Origin: Simkaniaceae bacterium
Lineage (GTDB): Bacteria > Chlamydiota > Chlamydiia > Chlamydiales > JAJFMI01
Assembly: GCA_040880145.1 (NCBI GenBank)
Contig: JBBDIZ010000001.1
Span: 1 to 54,224, forward strand
DNA: 54,224 nt
Direction of reading: 5' to 3'
The notes under the pieces were generated by a model that saw only the letters and a program-made list of their open reading frames with translations, did no database searches and was not told the DNA's origin. The position numbers and the translations under genes are program-made. Shown one piece after another: positions 48,608 to 54,224 of this stretch. Positions within the stretch are counted from its first letter, which is position 1; the number at the start of each line of letters is the position of its first letter.

Positions 48608-50005
48608 ATGGCATCCTTTTTCCCAAAGCGAGAGATTGTTGCTCTCTATCCATTAAAAGATTGTTGGCTCCTCATTCATATGGTGAAAGAGGGGAGCGGT
48701 TTTCGCTGCCTTCGCTTTGAAAAGATAAAGGGGAGTCCGGCTGAATTAAAATTGCAGCTTTCCGATTTTGTTAGCAGCAAGCGGGTGGCTACGATGCTGA
48801 AAAGTTCTGAAGGGTTAACGCGTCAGTTCGAGCTGCCTTTGGTCGATCGACGCTCGATAAATAAAACGCTTCCTTTTCAAGCGGAAAACACGCTTCCTTT
48901 TTCAGAAAATGAGGCCTATATTTGGCCGGTAGTCAAAAAGATTGGAAAAAAGAGATCTTCTGTCACCTTTTTTGCAGCCGCTCGCAAAAAAATTTTTGAG
49001 CATATCGCTTTTTTTCGTTCCTACTATATTGAACCGGAAGTGATTTCTTATCAGCCACTAGCGCTTTATTCTTTTGTTTCTCATTTCATGCCTAAAATAA
49101 AAGACTATACCCTTCTGCATGTTGAAGAGAATGAAGCTGAGCTCATGATGGTTGGCTCTAGGGGGGTCCAGCATTCCAAGTCCTTTCCTTACGCGGCAGC
49201 TGATGAGCTAAAGCAGGAACTTTTACGCGCTTTTTATTATTTTAAAACAAAGGAAATGACCCTTTCTCCCTTTCTTCTTACCGGTCAAGCCGGGATCTAT
49301 GCAGGTTTTTTAATCGATCAGGGCTTGAAAATTCTTCCCTGGCCCTTAGAAGCTGGAGGCTGGATTGAGTTTGCAGCGCCTTATGGGTTGGCGCTCAATG
49401 TTTTAAAAGATGAGGATCATTCACTGCAATTTAGGCAGGCAGAATCCTTTTCCATAAAGAGGAAAGCTGAAGCAAAAAAAGTCCTTTATCGTACGGCTTC
49501 TGCGCTTTTCCTCCCTCTTTTAGCGCTTTTTTTATTTCTTTCAGCAGGGGTGAAAAAAGAGAAAAGCGTCTTGATGAATAGGCTCGATGAATTCATAGAG
49601 GAGTCCGATCTCAAAAGCCTTGATTTGACACACCTTGATTTTTATGAAAAGTTAGCCCGCCTCAATCAGGAAGCGGGGCGCTCTCAAAAAGGAACGGAGC
49701 TTTTTGATCCTGCACCGAAGGTCTCTGATCTGCTTTATTTTTTAGCAACGTATCCTGAACTGAAAGATAATGAGGGATTAAAAATCAATAAGCTCCATTA
49801 TGAATTGCTAAACTATCCAACACTTGAAAAACCTTTTGTTCCCTATAAGATTCGAGTGGATCTTGAATTAACGACAACATCAACCATGCTAGCCAGTCAA
49901 TTTTATGACGCTTTAAGAAAAGAGAAAGCATTTATCGATTTAAATGAAGAAATTACTTGGAATAGGGGGCCTTATGGATATCAAGTCTCATTTTTCCTTC
50001 GTTAA
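48608..50005 (+). CDS. CT646-like protein with GspL/PilM-PilN-like architecture
   Basis: Cytoplasmic domain with R.F.LP...I.KTLPFQAE..LPF and APYGLAL, a single TM, then a coiled coil and ferredoxin-like C-terminus. Confidence 0.6.
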   Translation: MASFFPKREIVALYPLKDCWLLIHMVKEGSGFRCLRFEKIKGSPAELKLQLSDFVSSKRVATMLKSSEGLTRQFELPLVDRRSINKTLPFQAENTLPFSENEAYIWPVVKKIGKKRSSVTFFAAARKKIFEHIAFFRSYYIEPEVISYQPLALYSFVSHFMPKIKDYTLLHVEENEAELMMVGSRGVQHSKSFPYAAADELKQELLRAFYYFKTKEMTLSPFLLTGQAGIYAGFLIDQGLKILPWPLEAGGWIEFAAPYGLALNVLKDEDHSLQFRQAESFSIKRKAEAKKVLYRTASALFLPLLALFLFLSAGVKKEKSVLMNRLDEFIEESDLKSLDLTHLDFYEKLARLNQEAGRSQKGTELFDPAPKVSDLLYFLATYPELKDNEGLKINKLHYELLNYPTLEKPFVPYKIRVDLELTTTSTMLASQFYDALRKEKAFIDLNEEITWNRGPYGYQVSFFLR

Positions 50006-50636
50006 AAGCGCCTCTTTTTTTCAAAAATTTCCAGGGCTTTCTCTTTTGATTCTAGTGGGGGTATGGCTTTTTTTCCTTTCGCTTTTTTCTGTTTCTCTCG
50101 TTTCAAAACGAAAGGATCTCGATGAAATGAATCAACAGTTTTCTATGCTTAAATACCGCTTTGAAAAAACGGCCTCTGATCAAAGAAAAAAGCGGCAGTT
50201 TATTCATCGATATCAAGGTCATAGAGCGTACTTTTTAGAAGAGGTTCTGGAAAAAATGCTCTTTTTAACGCCTGAGATTCGAGCATTGGAGGGTATCGAA
50301 AACCATCCCTCCTTCCAAAATTGGTCGGAGATGAGAAATCGCTTGAATTTTCTCAAGTCATCGCAAAATCAACTGCGCTTTTCTGAATTAAAGCGGATTC
50401 AGGATTCATCCATCGAAGAGGTTGAAGCTTCATTGATGCACAGCGTTGAGCTTGATAGTCAGGACTTAAAAAAGCTTCTCTCCTATATTGAGAGGATTCA
50501 AATTGGAGATTTTTCTCCTCTGCCCGATTCGCCTCAGCTTACTTTTAAGCGATTTAATCTAGAGCGAAACAAAACCTTTTCTTCAAAAGAGGTTTATAAA
50601 TTGAATTTTGAAATAATTAAGCGTGAACTTAAATGA
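49944..50636 (+). CDS. CT647-like bitopic membrane protein (GspM/PilO-like architecture)
   Basis: N-terminal TM, coiled coil, DLKKLLSYIE..PQL; same operon as its neighbours; start uncertain. Confidence 0.6.
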   Translation: MKKLLGIGGLMDIKSHFSFVKSASFFQKFPGLSLLILVGVWLFFLSLFSVSLVSKRKDLDEMNQQFSMLKYRFEKTASDQRKKRQFIHRYQGHRAYFLEEVLEKMLFLTPEIRALEGIENHPSFQNWSEMRNRLNFLKSSQNQLRFSELKRIQDSSIEEVEASLMHSVELDSQDLKKLLSYIERIQIGDFSPLPDSPQLTFKRFNLERNKTFSSKEVYKLNFEIIKRELK

Positions 50637-51922
50637 AAAAAACTTTACCCCTTTTATTGCTCTCTCTTTTTTTGACCTCCTGTGCGTCAAGAGTTTCAAA
50701 AGAGCCATCGATCGTGACTTTGCAAATCATAGATAAAAATGGCTTCAATGAGACCATTACGAATAAAGAGAGATTAAAAAAGTTTGAATCGACGAATTTT
50801 TTAGAGCCTCAGCCCTATCAAAAAGCTGTTCGTGTTTTTGAGCGTAAAGAAGAGGGCATGATCCCCGCAGTTGTAACCAGTTATCATAATAATGGTCAGA
50901 TTTGGCAATATTTGGAAACGACCACAGGCCGAGCGAATGGGCAATTTTTTGAGTGGTTCCCAGATGGCAGCCTTCATATTCAAGCTAATGTGGTCGAGGG
51001 AATTGGGGACTTAACGGAAGCGGCTCAAGAGACGTGGGTTTTTGACGGAGAAAACAACGTCTATAATGAAAAAGAGCAGTTAATGGCTTCGATTCTCTAT
51101 GATAAAGGAAGCCAAACGGGTGAAGCGCGCTACTTTTTTGAAAGCGGAACGCTTAAAAGAGTTGTTCCCTATCACTATGACCGCATCAATGGTGTAATAA
51201 AGACCTACAATGAGGAAGGGGAGGTAATTGGAGAGAGCCGATATGAAAATGGAGATCTCAACGGTTTGACCTATTTTAAAGGAGATGGCCTAACACCTCC
51301 TTATGAAGAGCAGTATCGAGAAGGGCTCTTGTTTGACGCGACCTATTGGAATCATGAGGGTGAAGTTATCTCGAAAATCGAAGGAGGAGAGGGAGAGATG
51401 GCAGTTTTTGACATGGGTTTTTTGCGCTCTTTTCGTGAATATCAAGAGGGTAATTTAGAAGGTGAAGTGAAGTTCTTCACAAAAGAAGGCTTTTTAGAAT
51501 CTTCATTTATGGTAAAAGAGGGTAAGAAGCATGGAAAAGAGAGCGTTTATTACATCCCTAAGCGAAAAAAGATCGATCAAAAACAGACTTTAAAGCTCTC
51601 TATAGATTGGTACAAAGATGAGATACATGGAATGGTAAAAACCTGGTATCTCGATGGAACAGAAGAGAGCCAACGCGAGATGATGCATAACTTAAAGCAT
51701 GGGATTTCCTTTGCTTGGTATAAAGATGGATCGCTCATGCATGTAGAAGAATATGAAGAGGGGAAACTTAGAAAAGGAAGCTACATGAAAAAAGGACAAT
51801 CCCTTGCGGTTTCGCGTGTAGACAACGGCCTCGGTACAGCGACTCTTTTTGATGGTGAAGGCATTTTTTTAAGGCGGATTCAATATGAAAACGGAAAACC
51901 CCAAGAGCAATCCTCTAGTTAA
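50633..51922 (+). CDS. MORN-repeat lipoprotein (CT648-like)
   Basis: Lipobox LTSC; many G..HG...WY.DG MORN-variant repeats. Confidence 0.85.
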   Translation: MKKTLPLLLLSLFLTSCASRVSKEPSIVTLQIIDKNGFNETITNKERLKKFESTNFLEPQPYQKAVRVFERKEEGMIPAVVTSYHNNGQIWQYLETTTGRANGQFFEWFPDGSLHIQANVVEGIGDLTEAAQETWVFDGENNVYNEKEQLMASILYDKGSQTGEARYFFESGTLKRVVPYHYDRINGVIKTYNEEGEVIGESRYENGDLNGLTYFKGDGLTPPYEEQYREGLLFDATYWNHEGEVISKIEGGEGEMAVFDMGFLRSFREYQEGNLEGEVKFFTKEGFLESSFMVKEGKKHGKESVYYIPKRKKIDQKQTLKLSIDWYKDEIHGMVKTWYLDGTEESQREMMHNLKHGISFAWYKDGSLMHVEEYEEGKLRKGSYMKKGQSLAVSRVDNGLGTATLFDGEGIFLRRIQYENGKPQEQSSS

Positions 51923-52460
51923 GGATTACAAAAAATCCTTACGCCTCTTTTTAAAAGAGAAACGAGCGAAATTAAAAAAAAGTGCTCGAAAAATGGCGCG
52001 GGATGATGCACATGCCGAGCTTAAAAAAGTTCTTAAGCTTTTCCCTTACGTTCTCTCTTTTGCGAGTACAGAAGATGAAATCGATCTTTGGCCCATCAAT
52101 AATGAGCTTGCTAGTGAAGGACGCTTACTTCTTCCTCGGATTGAAGGAGAGGATATTCTTTGTTATCAGGTCAATTCCTGCAAAACTGATCTTATTTCCT
52201 CAAAATGGGGTTTTTTGGAGCCGGACCCAAAAAAATGTTTAAAAATTTCCCCTGATGAAATTAGCTGCGTCTTAGTTCCAGCCCTTGGTTTTGATACGAC
52301 ACGCCATCGCTTAGGATATGGGAAGGGATTCTACGATCGTCTTATTAAAAATTTACCGACAATCCCCGCTTTCGGAGTAGGATTTAAAGAGCAAATGGTT
52401 CAAGATCGATTGCCAATCGATCCCCACGATCGGCGCTTAACAAGGCTTTATCTTTTTTAA
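51885..52460 (+). CDS. ygfA: 5-formyltetrahydrofolate cyclo-ligase
   Basis: K..LR, EID, LPR, WG..EP, VPALGFD...RLGYGKGFYDR, DPHD. Confidence 0.95.
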   Translation: MKTENPKSNPLVKDYKKSLRLFLKEKRAKLKKSARKMARDDAHAELKKVLKLFPYVLSFASTEDEIDLWPINNELASEGRLLLPRIEGEDILCYQVNSCKTDLISSKWGFLEPDPKKCLKISPDEISCVLVPALGFDTTRHRLGYGKGFYDRLIKNLPTIPAFGVGFKEQMVQDRLPIDPHDRRLTRLYLF

Positions 52461-52477
52461 CATTTTAGAGGGCTTTT

Positions 52478-53137
52478 ATGAAAAAAATCGTTTCAATCCT
52501 AGGAATCATCCTATTATTTAATCCACTGATAGCAACAAGCTATCCAACAGGTCCCATCTTCGATCAAATTAAAGAGAAATATTACATAGAAGATCCTTAT
52601 TCAGGATGGCCGGAAATAGCAGTGATGAATTCTGAATTCTCAGCGATTGCGAATTTAGTTAATTTTATAGGTTCTAAAGAGATTACCGACTATTTCAATA
52701 ACGACCTGTGTCCTGTCTTATCCGATCTCTTTGCCCACCCCCGCTCTAAAGTCTATCAATGTGCTGTGCAGGAGGTTTTTGAAATGATGGCCGAATGTTC
52801 AGCGACGATTTCAGAGGAGAACCTAAACCAGTATCTCTATATAACTACAAACAGCGCCTATACAGAACTTTTCTCTAAAGAGACCGATATCTCCTATGGC
52901 CTGATGGTAATCGCCCAATCGGCAATTATTGGCTCAGGAGCCTTTGATCAAGAAATTTGCAATTTGGCAAGCCGGGTCACTCAATATGACTTTTACTATA
53001 TTCCTTCTCAAAGAAGGGGTCCCGGTGGATTGAGCTCAAGAGAGGGCGCTTTAACCGATATTAACACACTTTCTCAGCAATTTAACCCGCTCTATCATTC
53101 AAGTCTTAACCATGCCTGGGCCGCGAAGCGGGACTAA
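52478..53137 (+). CDS. Exported hypothetical protein
   Basis: GAGG RBS, signal peptide MKKIVSILGIILLFNPLIA. Confidence 0.75.
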   Translation: MKKIVSILGIILLFNPLIATSYPTGPIFDQIKEKYYIEDPYSGWPEIAVMNSEFSAIANLVNFIGSKEITDYFNNDLCPVLSDLFAHPRSKVYQCAVQEVFEMMAECSATISEENLNQYLYITTNSAYTELFSKETDISYGLMVIAQSAIIGSGAFDQEICNLASRVTQYDFYYIPSQRRGPGGLSSREGALTDINTLSQQFNPLYHSSLNHAWAAKRD

Positions 53138-54190
53138 TTTGGGATCGGTCTTGCAGTTGGGATGAGCTAGGATTTCCCGAGCAATTTCATTACGCTTGTA
53201 TTTAAAAGCATAATCAAAAGGCGACATCCCATTCCAAGGAGTTTCAAGATCAATATCATCACGTGAGAGTAGGATTCTAGCGAGACTCATGTTATTATCA
53301 GTTATGGCAGCAAAGATAATGGACCTTGAATTTCTTATCGCATCCATTTTTTCATTAATATTAATGCCATTGTCGATAAGGAGCTTGATTGTATCATTAT
53401 CGTAAGTGAAAAAAGCAGTATTAAGCAATGCCCAGTTATCACCACTGATGAACTGAAAATTTTGGTTTGGGTGATGGAATATTTTTTCCATAGTTTGATG
53501 ATCATGATTCTCAATCGCAAGCTTTAATAAAGTTTTTGAATTTCCGGAATATTGATCGATATCTAATGCCTCCTTCTCAAGGAGAAGGTCTACAATTTGA
53601 TTACAATTTTTTTTATAGGCAGAGGTTATCGGGATCTGTTGATGTCCATCCTGACGGTTGATATCGCAATCTTCATGATTTAATAACTGCTCTATGGCAA
53701 ATAAATTATTTTTTTTGATTGCAAGGGTAAGGGGAGTATAACGGCATCCTTGGCAAGTAATATTTGTAAGTATATTATCCTTCTGTAGTAATAATTCAAC
53801 AAGTTCATCTTGTTTCCTAACAATAGCGTCTTGAAGAGGAGTTCTATCTAGACCTTCTATTGTTGAGTTAATCGATCCAATTTTATTATTATGAGATAAT
53901 AATTTTTTTGCTTGATCCAATTTTCCATATCTTAGACAGTATGCTAAGCATTTTCCCTTATCTAAATCAATCGTATCAAAAGAGAGTAATTTTTCGAATG
54001 CTGAGTCGTGCCCATACTCTATAGAGAGTCTAAGAGGGTTAGCTTCGCCTGCATTGATATCAATCGTATCGAGCTCAAGTAAACCATTTATAATTAAATC
54101 ATCTCTTAAATGTTTAATTGCACGAGACAGGGGTGATTCATTCTTAATATTTTGTATATTGGGGTTAAGAGCAGGGCGTTCTGATGAAAT
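53099..54190 (-). CDS. Ankyrin-repeat protein, 5'-truncated or disrupted
   Basis: Repeats TPLQDAI, TPLTLAI, TLLKLAI, SPFDYA. The frame stays open upstream of the track start through more ankyrin-like units (ESPLSRAI, NPLRLSI) to 54190, where a TAA precedes it with no ATG. Confidence 0.8.
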   Translation of the reverse strand: MSSERPALNPNIQNIKNESPLSRAIKHLRDDLIINGLLELDTIDINAGEANPLRLSIEYGHDSAFEKLLSFDTIDLDKGKCLAYCLRYGKLDQAKKLLSHNNKIGSINSTIEGLDRTPLQDAIVRKQDELVELLLQKDNILTNITCQGCRYTPLTLAIKKNNLFAIEQLLNHEDCDINRQDGHQQIPITSAYKKNCNQIVDLLLEKEALDIDQYSGNSKTLLKLAIENHDHQTMEKIFHHPNQNFQFISGDNWALLNTAFFTYDNDTIKLLIDNGININEKMDAIRNSRSIIFAAITDNNMSLARILLSRDDIDLETPWNGMSPFDYAFKYKRNEIAREILAHPNCKTDPKLVPLRGPGMVKT

Positions 54191-54224
54191 TTACTTTACA
54201 AACATTTTTCCCAACAACCCTTTT

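Noticed and set aside
50633..51922. YwqK-type antitoxin of a toxin-antitoxin system
   Set aside because: The similarity is only generic MORN repeats; it has a lipoprotein signal, sits in a conserved core operon and has no adjacent toxin.
2698..53520. Remaining 60-110 aa ORFs nested in or antisense to long genes
   Set aside because: They overlap well-supported genes and show no motifs; treated as shadow frames.

Overview
Chromosomal window of an environmental member of the Chlamydiae, most like Simkania/Rhabdochlamydia. The assignment rests on sigma66-type rpoD, thrS-parA-pGP6-D, CT590/CT623/CT631/CT646-648-like genes and three tandem MOMP-like porins. Most of the window is core genome: mutY, mreC, aspC, rpoD, rpsT, dacB, recBCD, recA, dusB, glk, ispA, ung, dapA, thrS, tRNA-Ala(GGC) and tRNA-Pro(GGG). 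It very probably contains the replication origin at about 29.9-30.1 kb, where a DnaA-box cluster coincides with a by-eye switch in GC skew and gene orientation. The most interesting non-core structures are: (1) a 361-bp IS200/IS605 element with HEARO/omegaRNA motifs but no iscB or tnpA, inserted exactly at the dacB start codon, where the putative host promoter would transcribe a ~23-nt guide, the scaffold and dacB; (2) three 32-bp palindromic units at an exact 54-bp period overlapping the predicted promoter of an ATPase-wHTH-PD-(D/E)XK nuclease gene; (3) an internally deleted IS630 element whose two TIRs supply the stop codons of both flanking genes; (4) two toxin/immunity-like relics; (5) a probable origin-spanning inversion that separated recC from recB-recD. 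All family assignments come from motifs recognised by eye; no searches were run.
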